The notes under the pieces were generated by a model that made no database searches, had not been told where the DNA came from, and was given only the letters and a program-made list of their open reading frames with translations. Shown here piece after piece: positions 9,497-20,913 of a stretch of DNA of 64,000 nucleotides; within the stretch, counting starts at the first letter, position 1; every line of letters begins with the position of its first letter. This DNA comes from an uncultured Actinomycetota bacterium (GTDB lineage: Bacteria > Actinomycetota > Thermoleophilia > RBG-16-64-13): NCBI GenBank assembly GCA_963783835.1, contig CAWAOX010000015.1, positions 324,667 to 388,666 of the forward strand, given 5' to 3'. Position numbers and translations under genes: made by a program.

Positions 9497-10096
9497 ATGA
9501 TGAAGAAGTCACTCGGCCCCGGCACGTGGCTTTACCCGACGCCTGTGTTCGTCGTGGGCACCTACGACGCCGCCGGTAAGCCCAACGTCATGACTGTCGC
9601 GTGGGGTGGGATCTGCTGCAGCAAACCGCCGTGCGTCGCCATATCGGTCCGCAAGGCCACGTACACCTACGGGAATCTCATGCAGCGTCGGGCGTTCACC
9701 ATCAGTCTGCCCACCCAGGATCAGGTGGTGCACGCCGACTACTTCGGCGTGGCGTCAGGGCGGGACACCGACAAGTTCGCTGCTGCCGGGCTCACGCCAG
9801 TCTCGTCCGACCTGGTCGAAGCGCCCTATGTGGGCGAGTTCCCATTCGTGCTCGAGTGCAAAGTGGTCCATGTGGCCGAACTCGGCCTCCATACGCTGTT
9901 CGTGGGCGAGATCCTCGACGTCAAGGTCGACGAAGGCTGTCTGGACGCCAAGGGCAAGCCGACCGCCGAACTCGTGCGGCCCATCTGGTGGGGGCCCAGC
10001 GAGAACCAGTACTACGGCCTGGGCGAGAATCTGGGACGGGGCTTCTCCATCGGCAGAGCTCTCGAGACCGGCTCCGATGGCCGGGCGTCGAAGTGA
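9497..10096 (+). CDS. flavin reductase-like (FMN-binding split barrel) protein
   Basis: 199 aa. N-terminal YPTPVFVVGTYDAAGKPNVMTVAWGG matches the flavin reductase domain. RBS gggagg 5 nt upstream. Confidence 0.82.
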   Translation: MMKKSLGPGTWLYPTPVFVVGTYDAAGKPNVMTVAWGGICCSKPPCVAISVRKATYTYGNLMQRRAFTISLPTQDQVVHADYFGVASGRDTDKFAAAGLTPVSSDLVEAPYVGEFPFVLECKVVHVAELGLHTLFVGEILDVKVDEGCLDAKGKPTAELVRPIWWGPSENQYYGLGENLGRGFSIGRALETGSDGRASK

Positions 10097-10137
10097 TACA
10101 GAGCCGCGCTGTCTCGAGGAGAACGGTGTCTAGTTGG

Positions 10138-10962
10138 GTGAAAAGCAGGACGGTTGTTCTGGCTACCCCAGCCCTCTTCATTGGGGTGGTTGCCGTGGCG
10201 GTCTTTGCGCTCGCGTTCACGGGCGGCTGCTCGGGCGAAGGTCCCGGGGCTCCCACTGGGCCCGACAGCGTTGTGGTCCTCACGGTGGAGCAAGCTCTGG
10301 CCGCCGAGGAAGGCCGAGAGCTCAACGTCCAAGGAGCAGTGTTCGCGACCGGTGACCAGACGATGCTGGTCTCCGCGTTGGCCGAATCCTACCCTCCCCA
10401 AGCCGGTGGGGCGACCCTGCCGGTCAAGGGGCTCGATCTGGACGGCCTCGTGGGGCTGACTTCCACCGCGGGGCAGGTGGGCGTCGCCGAGGTCACGTGG
10501 TCGGACTATTGGCCGGTGCTCACGGGGGTCGTCAAAGAGGGCGTTCTCGAGGTCCAGGGGATCCCGCGGGTCGAAGAGGACATCAGCTTCGAAGGCATAA
10601 GGCTGCGGTTCAGCCCGGTGAGCGAGCCGGTCAGTTCGGGCGATCAGGTCTGGTGGGCCTTCGATGTGACCAACACCGGCCAGGCGCCAGTGCGACTTGT
10701 GTTCTCAGACGGCCAGCGCGGAGACCTGATCCTGAGCCAGGGAGACGTGGATGCATACACCTGGAGCGCCGGCAAGAGCTTCACCCAGGGCGTCGAGATC
10801 GTCACGCTGGAGCAGGGCAAGTCCCTCTCGGTGGTGTTGCACGACACCCTGGATGTCCCAGCGGGGGACTATGCCGTGACCGCTCGGGTGACCGCGATGG
10901 TGGGCCCGTCCGGCTCAGAGGCTCCTCTGCCCGAGATCACGTCGACTCTAACGGTCCATTGA
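10138..10962 (+). CDS. putative lipoprotein (BsuPI-like C-terminal region)
   Basis: GTG 10138 gives MKSRTVVLATPALFIGVVAVAVFALAFTGGCS, a signal peptide with a lipobox (FTGGC). The track ORF 9601..10962 is an N-terminally over-extended version that overlaps the upstream gene. The C-terminal half (VWWAFDVTNTGQAPVRLVFSDGQRGDL) resembles intracellular proteinase inhibitor-like beta-sandwich domains. Confidence 0.6.
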   Translation: MKSRTVVLATPALFIGVVAVAVFALAFTGGCSGEGPGAPTGPDSVVVLTVEQALAAEEGRELNVQGAVFATGDQTMLVSALAESYPPQAGGATLPVKGLDLDGLVGLTSTAGQVGVAEVTWSDYWPVLTGVVKEGVLEVQGIPRVEEDISFEGIRLRFSPVSEPVSSGDQVWWAFDVTNTGQAPVRLVFSDGQRGDLILSQGDVDAYTWSAGKSFTQGVEIVTLEQGKSLSVVLHDTLDVPAGDYAVTARVTAMVGPSGSEAPLPEITSTLTVH

Positions 10963-10982
10963 CGGTACCCGGCGATGGCCGC

Positions 10983-13073
10983 GTGAACTATCGTGTTGGG
11001 GCAGATGTTGGGGGGACCTTCACCGACCTGGTGGCCATGGATGAAGCAGGTAGAGTCATCGTGGCCAAGGCCCCCACCACTCCGGCCGACCAGTCCGACG
11101 GTGTGATGGACGCGGTCTTCAAAGCGGGGATCGACCTGGCCCAGGTCGACTTCTTCTCCCACGGCACTACGGTCGGGGTCAATGCCGTCATCGAGAACAA
11201 GGGCGCCAGGGTCGCGGTCATCACGACCGAGGGCTTCAGAGACTCGCTGGAGTTGCGCCGGGGACAGCGGGTCATCGATAACCCGGACGACATGTACAAC
11301 CTGCAGATGGACCTGCCCCAGGACTATGTCGGAGGCTACGATCCTCTCGTGCGGCGACCGCTCCGCTTCGAGGTCCCCGAGCGTCTCGATTTCCGAGGCA
11401 ACGTGCTGAAGCAGATGGACGAGCCAGTAGTCTGGCAGATCGCGGAAGAGCTCCGCAAACGGGACGTCGAAGCCGCCGTCATCTGCTATCTGTTCTCGTT
11501 CATGAACCCGGTGCACGAGCAGCGCACTGCCGAGATCCTGCGGGAGGCGCTTCCCGGTCTCAGCCTGTCGATCTCGAGCGAGATCCTCCCGGTCATCCGC
11601 GAGTACGAGCGTCTCAGCACAACCACCGTCAACGCATACGTGATGCCCATCATGCAGTCGTATCTGCAGAGGCTGCGCGACCGTTTGAGGGCGGGTGGGT
11701 TCCAGAAAGAGCTCTACCTCATGCAGTCGAGCGGCGGGATCATGTCGGCGGCCGTCGCGGCCACCCGGCCCGTCTACACCATCGACTCCGGACCCGCGGG
11801 AGGGGTGTCCGCAGCGGCGCAGCTTGGCGTCTCGCTCGGCTATCCCGACGTGATCTCCTTCGACATGGGAGGGACCACGGCCAAGATCTGCTGCGTCCGG
11901 GACGGCAGGCCCGAGGTGACCACGCGCTTCTGGCTGGGCGGCCGCTATTTCGTGGGTGTTCCCGTGATGGACATGGTGGAGATCGGCGCGGGCGGGGGCA
12001 GCATCGCCTCGGTAGATCGGGCCGGCGCCGTACATGTGGGCCCTCGGAGCGCGGGCTCGGTGCCCGGCCCCGCCTGCTACGGCAAGGGTGGCCACGAGCC
12101 GACCGTGACCGACGCCGACCTGGTACTCGGCTATATCAACGCCGATTACTACCTGGGCGGCGACATGACGGTCGACGCAGCGGCCGCGCGAGAAGCCATC
12201 AGGGAGAAAGTCGCCGTCCGGCTGAACATGGGGGTGGCCGAAGCCGCTCATGGCATCTACCGGCTGGTGAACGCGAACATGATCGGGGCGATGCGGGTCG
12301 TCACCGTCCAGCGTGGGCACGATCCTCGGGACTTCACCCTTGTGGTGTCGGGGGGGACGGCCGCTATCCACGCCGTGCGCATGGCCCAGGAGCTCCGCAT
12401 CCCCCGGGTGATCATCCCTCTCAACGCAGGAGTGTTCTCGGCCGTTGGTCTGATCACCGCCGACGCTCGCTACGACGTCCATCGTTCTTACGTCGTCCGG
12501 CTCTCTCAGGCCGACCCCGGCCGCCTGGAAGCCATCTTCAAGGAGAGCGCGAGGGAAGCGGCCGCGCGGATCGAGGAACTGGGGTTCTCGCCGGACGAGG
12601 TAGTCACTCGCTACGAGATCGACATGCGCTACCTGGGTCAGGCCCACGAGGTGCCGGTGGAGGTGCCGCGAGAGCTGATCGAGGGAATGGATCAGCAGAC
12701 CGTCGGCAAGCTCGGCGCACTCTTCCACGAGAAGCATCTCCACCTGTTCGGACACGACTCCCGGGATTCGGAGGTCGAGTTCATGACGCTCTCTGTGTCG
12801 GCCGTAGGCCCTCGAGAGAGGGGCGAGATGCCCGAGGTGGCCGCGGGCACTCCCGACCCCGGTCCCGCGCACAAAGGAACGAGGAAGGTCTATTTCGAAG
12901 AGGCCGGCGGCTACGTGGATTGCGACACCTACGAGCGGTCGCGGCTTGCGGCGGGAATGGTGATCGCGGGGCCGGCCATCGTCGAGCAGATGGACACCAC
13001 GACGGTGCTGCCCCCGGGAGAGACGGCGATGGTCGATCGATTCGGCACCCTCATAGTGGAGTTGGCGCTGTGA
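10983..13073 (+). CDS. hyuA: ATP-dependent hydantoinase/oxoprolinase family, A (beta) subunit
   Basis: GTG start gives MNYRVGADVGGTFTDLVAMDE, the canonical HyuA N-terminus. About 697 aa. The track ORF 10497..13073 is over-extended. Confidence 0.88.
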   Translation: MNYRVGADVGGTFTDLVAMDEAGRVIVAKAPTTPADQSDGVMDAVFKAGIDLAQVDFFSHGTTVGVNAVIENKGARVAVITTEGFRDSLELRRGQRVIDNPDDMYNLQMDLPQDYVGGYDPLVRRPLRFEVPERLDFRGNVLKQMDEPVVWQIAEELRKRDVEAAVICYLFSFMNPVHEQRTAEILREALPGLSLSISSEILPVIREYERLSTTTVNAYVMPIMQSYLQRLRDRLRAGGFQKELYLMQSSGGIMSAAVAATRPVYTIDSGPAGGVSAAAQLGVSLGYPDVISFDMGGTTAKICCVRDGRPEVTTRFWLGGRYFVGVPVMDMVEIGAGGGSIASVDRAGAVHVGPRSAGSVPGPACYGKGGHEPTVTDADLVLGYINADYYLGGDMTVDAAAAREAIREKVAVRLNMGVAEAAHGIYRLVNANMIGAMRVVTVQRGHDPRDFTLVVSGGTAAIHAVRMAQELRIPRVIIPLNAGVFSAVGLITADARYDVHRSYVVRLSQADPGRLEAIFKESAREAAARIEELGFSPDEVVTRYEIDMRYLGQAHEVPVEVPRELIEGMDQQTVGKLGALFHEKHLHLFGHDSRDSEVEFMTLSVSAVGPRERGEMPEVAAGTPDPGPAHKGTRKVYFEEAGGYVDCDTYERSRLAAGMVIAGPAIVEQMDTTTVLPPGETAMVDRFGTLIVELAL

Positions 13074-14941
13074 TCCCCGGCGACGATGCGCGCAGCGCGG
13101 CGGGCCGGCGCCCGGACGTGTTCACCCTTGGAGTCTTGCGAAGTCTGCTCGAGTCCGTACCCCTCGAGATGGCCGAGGTTCTCAAGCGCACCTCGTATCA
13201 CCCCATCTTCAACGAGGTGCTCGACTTCTCCACGGCGCTCCTCGACGGCGAAGGCCGGCTGATCGCCTCCTCCATGGGGGTCACGGTACATCTCGGGGCG
13301 CTCGAACTGAGCGCGAGGGCGATCATCGACCGGTTCGGTAAGGGGAATCTCGAGCCGGGGGATGTCCTCATCCACAACAACCCCTTCCCGGGCGGCACCC
13401 ATCTCCCGGACGTGGACGTGATCACCCCCGTCCACCACGAGGGGGAACTGGTCGCCTACGCCGTGTCCCGAGGGCACCACGGCGATATCGGGGGCATGCA
13501 TCCGGGTAGCTTCGCCGGCGACACCGTGAGCATCTTCCAGGAGGGGGTGCGCATCCCGCCGATCAAGCTCTACGCCGCCGGCGTCCTCAACGAGGGAGTG
13601 CGCGACCTCTTCCTTGCCAACGTCCGGGTCCCGCAGTTCTCCTGGGGCGATCTGCAGGCCCAGGCAGCCGGCTGTCGTCTGGGGGCCAGGCGGATCGGGG
13701 AGCTCTTCGACAAGTACGGCGCCGCCGGAATGACCGCGGCCATGGAATGGGCCATGGACTACTCGGAGCAGCTCATGCGGGCCGAGATTGCCAAGATCCC
13801 CGACGGCACCTACGTCTTCGAGGACTTCCTCGACAATGACGGCATCGACAAAGACCGCCCCGTGAAGATCCACGCCCGGGTGACCGTCGACGGCAGCAGC
13901 GTCACCGTAGATTTCAGCGACTCCGACCCCCAGGTGAAGGGGCCGGCCAACTGTGTCCTCGGAGTCGCCTATTCGGCCACGTACTGCGCGCTCTTCAACC
14001 TGACGGACCCGACGATTCCCAAGAACCACGGCTGCTATCGTCCGGTCACGATCATCGCTCCCGAGGGACTGGTGGTGAACGCCCGGTTCCCGGCGCCGGT
14101 GGTGAGCGGTAATACCGAGACCTCCTTGCGCATTATTGACACGGTGAGTGCCGCCTTGGCCCGCGTCATCCCAGAGAAGGTCATCGGGGGCGACTCGGGG
14201 ACGGCCACCGCGCACACCGCGGGCGGGTTCGATCCTCGCACCGGCGAGTACTACGCGTGGTATCTCGGTTCGGACCCTACCGCGTGGGGAGCCAGGGCGA
14301 CCAAGGACGGGTTCGAACTCGCCGGCGGGCCCCGCATAGGCGGCAGCGTCTCCCAGGTCTCCATGGAGGTGTTCGAGACCCGCTACCCGTTCCTGGTGGA
14401 GTTGTACGCGTTCTACCCCGACTCGGGCGGCCCCGGTAGGTTCAGGGGCGGCATGTCGGGGGTGACGATCATGCGGCCGCTGGAGCACGAGTGCGAGGTG
14501 GGGGGTGCGAACGACCGCTGCGTCATCCCTCCGTACGGGATCTTTGGCGGCATGCCCGGGCTGCACGGCGAGAACAAGATCCTCCACGCGGACGGCAGCG
14601 AAACGCCGATCGACCGGGCGGGCGGTAAGATAGTCCTACCGGGGGACGTCCTCTATTTCCGGGCGCCGGGAGGGGGCGGCTACGGCGATCCTCTCGACCG
14701 GGACCTCGACTTCCTGCAACACGACCTGGACATCGGGCTCGTGTCGGCAGAAAGTGCAGGCCGGGACTACGGCGCGGTCCTCGACCGGTCTGGCACGGTG
14801 ATAGACAGGCAGGCTACCGAGGAAAGACGGGCCCGGCTGAAAGAGAAATGGAAACGCGACCGCATCTTCATCGACCAGAAGACACTCCCGTTCGCCCGGA
14901 TACCGTTCCGGACGGTAGGCATCGACGAGCAGATCACGTGA
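13070..14941 (+). CDS. hyuB: ATP-dependent hydantoinase/oxoprolinase family, B (alpha) subunit
   Basis: GTG 13070 overlaps the hyuA stop (GTGA). N-terminus MIPGDDARSA...DVFTLGVLRSLLESVPLEMAEVLKRTSYHPIFNEVLDFSTAL is typical HyuB. About 623 aa. Confidence 0.88.
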   Translation: MIPGDDARSAAGRRPDVFTLGVLRSLLESVPLEMAEVLKRTSYHPIFNEVLDFSTALLDGEGRLIASSMGVTVHLGALELSARAIIDRFGKGNLEPGDVLIHNNPFPGGTHLPDVDVITPVHHEGELVAYAVSRGHHGDIGGMHPGSFAGDTVSIFQEGVRIPPIKLYAAGVLNEGVRDLFLANVRVPQFSWGDLQAQAAGCRLGARRIGELFDKYGAAGMTAAMEWAMDYSEQLMRAEIAKIPDGTYVFEDFLDNDGIDKDRPVKIHARVTVDGSSVTVDFSDSDPQVKGPANCVLGVAYSATYCALFNLTDPTIPKNHGCYRPVTIIAPEGLVVNARFPAPVVSGNTETSLRIIDTVSAALARVIPEKVIGGDSGTATAHTAGGFDPRTGEYYAWYLGSDPTAWGARATKDGFELAGGPRIGGSVSQVSMEVFETRYPFLVELYAFYPDSGGPGRFRGGMSGVTIMRPLEHECEVGGANDRCVIPPYGIFGGMPGLHGENKILHADGSETPIDRAGGKIVLPGDVLYFRAPGGGGYGDPLDRDLDFLQHDLDIGLVSAESAGRDYGAVLDRSGTVIDRQATEERRARLKEKWKRDRIFIDQKTLPFARIPFRTVGIDEQIT

Positions 14942-14971
14942 CCAGGAGCCCCAAATGACCAAGAGCCGCAC

Positions 14972-15379
14972 ATGAAGAAGAAGACGTACCCTCTGTACTA
15001 CGGTGGCCAGAAACAGAAGTTCGCCCGCTCCGTCGTGGTCGGCGACATCGTGTTCCTGTCGGGCATGAGCGGACGCACCATGGAGACGGGCGACGTCTCC
15101 TCGGACGATGTCAAGGAGCAGATGCTGGTCGCTCTCGACAAGGTCCGGGCCGCGCTGGACGAGGCGGGCAGTTCCATGGAGCACATCGTGAAGACGACGA
15201 TCTACCTCAAAGACGTCAAGAACTACGACGTGATGCGGGCCACCGAGTACGAGTATTACCAGAAGTATGCCCCGGGTCTGATCGAAGAGCCGCCGGCAAG
15301 CACCTTTGTCATGCCGGCGTCGTTGGCCCGGCCGAGCATGCTGGTAGAGATCGACGTCGTCGCCTGTCTCAAGGACTGA
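14972..15379 (+). CDS. RidA/YjgF/RutC-family reactive-intermediate deaminase
   Basis: 135 aa, the typical size and fold signature of this family (VFLSGM...; C-terminal region). Follows hyuB directly. Confidence 0.75.
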   Translation: MKKKTYPLYYGGQKQKFARSVVVGDIVFLSGMSGRTMETGDVSSDDVKEQMLVALDKVRAALDEAGSSMEHIVKTTIYLKDVKNYDVMRATEYEYYQKYAPGLIEEPPASTFVMPASLARPSMLVEIDVVACLKD

Positions 15380-15437
15380 GACGGGCCCCGATGCGCACGT
15401 TGACGCACACGCCGGAGCACAGCATGGAGGAGCGAGC

Positions 15438-16298
15438 ATGAGTATGAAGTTGTACATCCTCGACTGCGGCCAGATGTGGACAGAGCACGGGTTCCTTTGG
15501 CACTTCGGCACCTGCGACGCCACCGGGGAGGAATACAGGGAAGGGCCCTTCGGCATCCGCAATATCCAATTCTTCATCGACCATCCGAAGGCGAAAGTCG
15601 TCTTCGACCTGGGCTTCACCCGGGAGTGGTTCGAGAAGCTGGTGGGGTTCCCTCACCGCAAGGGTCCGGAGGGCTTCCACATGAAGCAGGCTCCCGACCA
15701 GAACCCAATCGCCCAGCTGGCCAAGATCGGGGTCAAGCCCGAGGACGTCGACTACGTGGTCATCTCTCATCTCATGAGCGAGCACGCCGGCTACCTGCCC
15801 CAATTCGCCAACACTAAGGCCAAGATCGTGGTGCAGGAGGCCGAGCAGGAATATGCCACTCGCATAGGCACTCCGCCGCGTCCCGGCGACGAGCCCGCCG
15901 TGGAGCAGTTCCACACCTGGATGTATGTGCGCAAGTATTTCGAGGTGCCGGGGCTCGACTTCATGTCCATCAAGGGGGACTACGAGTTGCTCGGCAAGGA
16001 CGTGGAGATCCTGTCGCTGCCCGGGCACACGCCGGGGTTCCAGAACGTGATGGTCCGGCTGCCAAAGACCGGTCCGGTTTTCCTCTCGGCCTGCGAGCAC
16101 CGAGGCATGTACTACGACATTCCGGTCAACGGCTACGCTCCGGGCATACCGCATGCCTTCACGTGGTCGGCCGCCGGGGAGTTGTGGAGCTTCAAGCGCG
16201 TGCGCGATCTGGTGGAGAAGGAAGAAGGCCAGATTATCTTCGGCCACGACCAGGAGCAGTTCGATACGCTGAAGGCGTGCCCGGAGTACTACGAGTAG
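15438..16298 (+). CDS. metallo-beta-lactamase-fold hydrolase (AHL-lactonase-like)
   Basis: 286 aa. Contains VVISHLMSEHAG in the HxHxDH position, a degenerate metal-binding motif, plus a later LPGHTPG. The family call is tentative. Confidence 0.55.
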   Translation: MSMKLYILDCGQMWTEHGFLWHFGTCDATGEEYREGPFGIRNIQFFIDHPKAKVVFDLGFTREWFEKLVGFPHRKGPEGFHMKQAPDQNPIAQLAKIGVKPEDVDYVVISHLMSEHAGYLPQFANTKAKIVVQEAEQEYATRIGTPPRPGDEPAVEQFHTWMYVRKYFEVPGLDFMSIKGDYELLGKDVEILSLPGHTPGFQNVMVRLPKTGPVFLSACEHRGMYYDIPVNGYAPGIPHAFTWSAAGELWSFKRVRDLVEKEEGQIIFGHDQEQFDTLKACPEYYE

Positions 16299-16306
16299 GG
16301 GGGAGC

Positions 16307-17205
16307 ATGCATCGGGTCCTGTTACCCTTTGAGTTCTCCGAGCCGGTCACGGTCGCGGAGGCAGTGTCGCTGGTGGACGGCGTCCGAGCCAGGGTGCTGG
16401 CCGGCGGGGTCGATCTGGTGCTCAAGATGCGCTTGCGCCAAGTCGTCGTGGATAGAGTGGTGAGCCTGCAGAAGGTGCCGGGATTGGACTACATCCGGAT
16501 CGACGCTCACGCTGGGGGACAGGCGGACGGCGCGCTTTGTATCGGCGCGCTCGCGACGCTGCGGCAGGTCGAGACGGCGCCCGCCGTGCGGCGGAGATGG
16601 CCGTTGCTGGCCGAGGCCATCAGCGCGATCGTCTCGGTGCAGACCAAAGCGATGGGCACGATGGTCGGCAACCTGTGCGTCGGCACGCCGGCCTCCGATG
16701 TTGCGCCGGCTTTGTACACGCTGGGGGCCCGCGTCAGGATCGGGGGGGTGAACGGGGAGCGTGTGATACCCATCGAGCAGTTCTTCCTGGACGCAGGCAA
16801 GACGGCGGTCGGCCCGCACGAGATCGTCACCGAGATAGTGGTGCCGGCGCCGGCCGCGGGCAGCGCCGGCTCGTTCCTCAAGTTGTCGACGACCTCCGAG
16901 GACATCGCCAAGGTGAACACAGCGGTGATGATCGAGCTTGCCGGAGACGTCTGCGTTCGCGCAGGAGTCTCCGTGGGCTCGGCCGCGCCGACGCCGGTAC
17001 GTGCGGCGGCTGCGGAACAGGCCCTTATCGGCCGGGCCATGCGGGCCCACGCGATAGCCGACGCGGCCGACGCGGCGGCCGACGCCGTGTGCCCCATCTC
17101 CGATGTCCGCTCCACGGCGTGGTACCGCAAGGAGATGGTGCGGGTGCTGGTGAGGGACGCCCTCGAGAAGGCGGCCGCGCGAGCGGCAGCAGGGAAGGAG
17201 GCGTG

Positions 17206-17206
<1 letters not shown>
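16307..17206 (+). CDS. molybdenum hydroxylase FAD-binding (medium) subunit, CoxM/XdhB-like
   Basis: ATG 16307 is preceded by a gggggag RBS. MHRVLLPFEFSEPVTVAEAVSLV...VLAGGVDLVLKMRLR matches the FAD-binding PCMH domain of CO-dehydrogenase/xanthine-dehydrogenase medium subunits. About 299 aa. Confidence 0.85.
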
Positions 17207-17687
<481 letters not shown>

Positions 17688-17691
<4 letters not shown>

Positions 17692-20033
17692 CTACCGATG
17701 CCTCCTCGGCCGGCGCCTTTTCCTCGGTCGGCAGGCGGCTGGGCCGGCCGGATGTTGCCGCCAAGGCCACCGGGACGGCCCTCTACGGGGCCGACATCAC
17801 GATCCCCGGCATGCTCATCGGGCGCATCCTCATGAGCCCTCACGCCCATGCGAGGGTAGCGAAGATAGATGTCTCCAAGGCCTCGGCACTTCCGGGCGTG
17901 GCCGCGGTGATCACCTACGCCGACGTTCCCAAGCGGGGCTTCACCCGTTCGGTGATGGCCGAGGGCCTGCCGGCTTTCGCCTACGAAGGCGAGAACCAGG
18001 ATCAGTTCATCCTGTCCGACAAGGCCCGCTACATCGGGGACTGGATCGCCGCGGTCGCGGCGGTGGACGTTTACACGGCCGAGCGTGCCCTCGATCTGAT
18101 CGAGGTGGAGTACGAGGTGCTTCCGGCGGTGTTCGATCCCGAAGAGGCGCTCAAGGACGGGGCGCCGGTGGTCCATGACGGCTGGAAGGACAACGTTGCC
18201 GCCGTCGTCGACCACCCCTTCAATCGGGGAGATGTCGATGCGGCCCTGGCGGCCTCCGCTCACGTCGTGGAGTTCTCCGGGCGCAACTCCCGCCAGAAGC
18301 AGGCCCACATGGAGCCGGATGTGGCTATCGCCTCTTGGGATCCCCAGGGAAGGCTGACGGTGTGGTCGCCCTGCCAGAACGCCCATCTCGCGAAGAAGGC
18401 CATGGGCACGAGGGTGTTCGACATCGGCGAGGGCAAGGTCCGCTGGATCACGCCGGCGGTGGGCGGCGGCTTTGGGGCCCGTTTGAGCTTCGGCGTCGAG
18501 CCGGTAGCCGCGATGCTGGCGAAGGTCGCGGCCAGGCCCGTCAAGGTGGTGGTCACCCGGGAGGAAGATTTCAACGGGTGGAACAGCCGGACCGAGCAGC
18601 GCCAGACCATCAGGATCGGGGTCGACGGAGACGGGACGATCAAAGCCATAGAGCAGAGCGTGCTCTCCGATGCGGGCGCCTACTTCTCCCACAGCGGGAC
18701 GATCAGCGCGGTGAACATGCAGTCGACCCTCGGCGTCCTGCGGTCGTCGGCAGTACGAGGCAAGGCGACCATGGTCTACACGAACAATCCCACCTCGAGC
18801 GGCATGCGGGGCTATGGCAATCCCGAAGGTTCGTTCATCCTGCAACAGGTCGTCGACATGGCGGCCGAGAAGTGCGGGATGGACCCGGTGGCGTTCCGCC
18901 TGAAGAACGCCAGGGGAGTGGGCGAGCCCAGCATGTGGGAGCCTCAGAACCTTACGACCTGTGCTCTCTCCACCTGCATAGAGCGGGGCGCGGAGGCCGT
19001 CGGCTGGAAGGACAGGTGGCAGGGCTGGGGGGTGGAGAAGCAAGGCCGCTATCGTCGCGGAGTGGGGATGTCGATCATGACCCACGCGAGCGGCGCAGGC
19101 GGGTTCCTGTTGGAGCATTCCACAGCCGTGATCAAGCTGAACGAGGACGGCTCCGCACAACTGTCGGTGAGCCCCTGCGAGATGGGCCAGGGCATCCTGG
19201 GGGTGCTCTCGCAGATCGCCGCGGAGGCGACCGGCCTGCGATACGAGGACATCCGGGTAGTGACGGGGGACACAGATGTCACCCTCTTTGATATCGGCAC
19301 TCACGCCAGCCGCTCCACGTACGCCATCGGCAATGCGGTGATCGATGCGGCGAAGAAGGTCAGGGCGGCAATCCTTGCCCGAGCCGCGCGCCGTCTGGGC
19401 ATGCGCGCCGACGAGCTGGACGTGCGCGACGGCCGGGTCTACGTGAAGGCCGATCCCGGCACGACGATCAGCGTGGCCGACATCTCCCGAGATGCGATCT
19501 ACGACTACGGTACGGACGCCGAGCACATAATGGCGACCGGCAAGCATCAGTGCGTCATGCACTGTCCTAACTTCCAGGCGGGCTTCGCCGAGATCGAGGT
19601 GGACGTCGAGACGGGCGTCATCAAGGTCCTCCGGCTGGTGATAGCGCACGATATTGGCAGGGCGATCAACCCTCTCACCGTCGAAGGGTGCCTCGAAGGG
19701 GGCGCGGCGCAGGGCCTCGGCTACGCCCTCACGGAAGACCTGGTCATCGACAGGCAGACGGGCAAGGTGGTCAGCGATAGCTTCGCCACCTACAAGATGC
19801 TCTCCACGCTCGACATGCCCGAGGTCGAGGTCATCCTGGTCGAGGAGCCCGACCCGACGGGCCCCTTCGGTGCCAAGGGGGTCGGAGAGACCGGCATCAC
19901 CAACGTCGCGCCCTCCATCGCCAATGCTCTCTACGACGCGGTCGCGATCAGAGTCCACTCGCTTCCGATGACTCCCGAGAAGGTGCTCGAAGGGGGGGCG
20001 GGAGGGGGGGCGCTCCGCGGAGCGGCTACTTGA
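17688..20033 (+). CDS. molybdopterin-binding large subunit of a xanthine dehydrogenase/aldehyde oxidase/CoxL-family hydroxylase
   Basis: ATG overlaps the upstream stop (ATGA). 781 aa. Contains the Moco-binding GGGFG motif (AVGGGFGARLSF) and the a/b-hammerhead N-terminal region. The form I CoxL AYRCSFR motif is absent, so the substrate is unknown. Confidence 0.88.
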
Positions 20034-20115
20034 CGGGCCGGCGGCGCCGCGCGGCGATAGGAGAGACTCGGGTTGGGAAAGCGGTACCCTATGGGCAGGA
20101 CTGCGGAGAAGGCCG

Positions 20116-20844
20116 ATGCTGGAGGTGGACATGACTGACCAGGAGAGGGCCGTAGCTGGGGAGCCGAGGCCGGCGACCATCGCGGCGAGACCCGAGCCGA
20201 TCCGGATCGATCTGGCGCGCACGGCGGTCGTCGTCGTCGACATGCAGAACGCCTTCGTCAGCCAGGGGGGCATGTTCGACGAGGCGGGCTACGACATATC
20301 GGGCGCGCCTGCCTGCATCGCGAACAACGCCCGGTTGCTGCCGGCACTGCGGGCGGCCGGGGTCAAAGTGGTCTACCTGAAGATGAGCTACAACGAAGAC
20401 TACTCCGACTCCGGTGGGCCCGAGTCCCCGAACTGGCACAAGGAGCTAGGACTCGTCCTCATGAAGGCCCGGCCCGAGAACTGGGGCAAGTACGTCACGG
20501 AGGGCACCTGGGACGAGGAAGTGGTGGAGGAGATAGCCCCAAGTGCCGGGGACGCGGTGGTGCGTAAGCAGCGCTATTCGGGTTTCGTCGGCACGAACCT
20601 CGACATGATCCTGAAGACCCACGGGATCCGCTACTGCCTCTACACTGGGGTAGCGACCAACGTCTGCGTCGAGACCACGCTGCGGGACGGCTATTTGCTC
20701 GACTACTGGCCCCTCCTCGTGGCCGACGCCTGCAACAATTCGGGGCCGGAACACAACCGGCTGGCGACCGAATGGAACGTGGAGCACGCGTTCGGGTGGG
20801 TGACGACCACGGCGGATGTGCTGGCGGCGCTGAAGGCGGAATAG
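20116..20844 (+). CDS. isochorismatase-family cysteine amidohydrolase (RutB / N-carbamoylsarcosine amidase-like)
   Basis: 242 aa. TAVVVVDMQNAF N-terminal motif and a later Cys-containing VATNVCVETTLRDG region typical of isochorismatase-like hydrolases. Confidence 0.8.
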   Translation: MLEVDMTDQERAVAGEPRPATIAARPEPIRIDLARTAVVVVDMQNAFVSQGGMFDEAGYDISGAPACIANNARLLPALRAAGVKVVYLKMSYNEDYSDSGGPESPNWHKELGLVLMKARPENWGKYVTEGTWDEEVVEEIAPSAGDAVVRKQRYSGFVGTNLDMILKTHGIRYCLYTGVATNVCVETTLRDGYLLDYWPLLVADACNNSGPEHNRLATEWNVEHAFGWVTTTADVLAALKAE

Positions 20845-20913
20845 CCCTGGCCGCAGGGGCCGGGACGGAGTTCGGGCTGAACATAGAAAGCCGGAGGAAA
20901 GGAGAGGGGCGCC

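Noticed and set aside
9601-10962. 453-aa ORF starting inside the flavin reductase gene
   Set aside because: This is an N-terminally over-extended call. The recognisable protein starts at GTG 10138 with a lipoprotein signal peptide. The upstream 180 codons are Arg/Gly-rich junk in an alternate frame of the flavin reductase.
10497-10982. N-terminal 160-aa extension of the hydantoinase A ORF (track start 10497)
   Set aside because: The extension overlaps the lipoprotein gene in another frame and is Gly/Arg/Pro-rich. HyuA homologs start at M-x-YR-[IV]-G-x-D-[IV]-GGTFTD, which here is GTG 10983.
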